Below are positions 63,824 to 64,000 of a stretch of 64,000 nt of DNA, one piece after another. Source of the DNA: an uncultured Chloroflexia bacterium (GTDB lineage: Bacteria > Chloroflexota > Limnocylindria > Limnocylindrales > CSP1-4). The position numbers and the translations under genes were made by a program. The stretch spans positions 57,081-121,080 of the forward strand of contig CAWEOO010000008.1 in NCBI GenBank assembly GCA_963810725.1, given 5' to 3'. The number at the start of each line of letters is the position of its first letter. Position 1 is the stretch's first letter. The notes beneath the pieces are model-generated. The model made no database searches, was not told the DNA's origin, and saw only the letters and a list, made by a program, of their open reading frames with translations.

Positions 63824-64000
63824 GTGGTGCTGTGCCTCCCTCTCTCGAATCCCACCCGCCTCGTGACGGTTGGCGATGTCGGCATCCTAGCCTGCCGGAC
63901 CGGGGTGGCAAGGGCTATTTTCGCCGGCGGTTCGACCGGATGCACCGGGTGAAGGCTCAGTGCAGCGTCCGGCGCTACAGTCGGGGTCGATGGCCACCTT

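Noticed and set aside
63900-64000. Possible start of another gene at the right edge (for example ATG at about 63990, or a minus-strand ORF end)
   Set aside because: There is too little sequence. The translations in all frames are uninformative and none can be supported.
1-64000. Search by eye for tRNA/rRNA genes, CRISPR arrays, transposases, integrases, toxin-antitoxin pairs and prophage genes
   Set aside because: I found no tRNA-like conserved arms (TPsiC GGTTCGAATCC-type) and no short repeat-spacer arrays. No DDE, tyrosine-recombinase or serine-recombinase motifs appeared in any credible ORF. Absence is provisional without tRNAscan, Infernal or HMM runs.

Overview
High-GC (about 70% by eye) chromosomal segment, Actinomycetota- or Chloroflexota-like, with dense coding on both strands. 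I support about 60 protein-coding genes. I found no rRNA, tRNA, CRISPR array, transposase or integrase. Many long Arg/Gly/Pro-rich ORFs in the track are antisense artefacts of the GC bias and were discarded.

Content, left to right:
- a partial secreted beta-helix glycoside-hydrolase-like gene;
- an ECF sigma plus DUF385 oxidoreductase operon;
- a MerR regulator and a DUF2652-SRPBCC operon that share a near-identical ZntR-style operator/promoter;
- TetR-controlled oxidoreductase, truncated hemoglobin, VOC proteins and two DHA2 MFS pumps (one paired with a WYL/YafY regulator);
- a second ECF sigma with a convergent STAS gene;
- a 1085-aa soluble poly-HAMP/GAF/PAS histidine kinase;
- an arginase-family gene and a TetR-controlled small-Cys-protein/DJ-1/M24/DUF2723 block;
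- a c-di-GMP cluster (four GGDEF/EAL proteins) flanking a translationally coupled pair of dynamin-like GTPases;
- FtsH;
- msrA followed by a more A/T-rich patch of gene fragments that ends in a second copy of the msrA 3' end;
- KDG kinase and KDPG aldolase;
- a GntR-controlled ABC/GH4/deacetylase/BadF-kinase locus (chitobiose-like);
- a class A PBP, a ModF-like ATPase and a membrane-anchored molybdoenzyme;
- the conserved DUF3090 / SCO1664-family pair.

At least 10 genes need one or two single-nucleotide frame corrections to give the full-length family protein. This suggests either an indel-prone assembly or real pseudogenisation.

Most interesting for follow-up:
- the MerR operator pair controlling DUF2652/SRPBCC genes;
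- the dynamin-like GTPase pair embedded in c-di-GMP signalling genes;
- the msrA 3'-end duplication scar;
- the uncharacterised DUF3090/SCO1664 pair.

All family assignments come from reading motifs by eye and recall. No searches were run.
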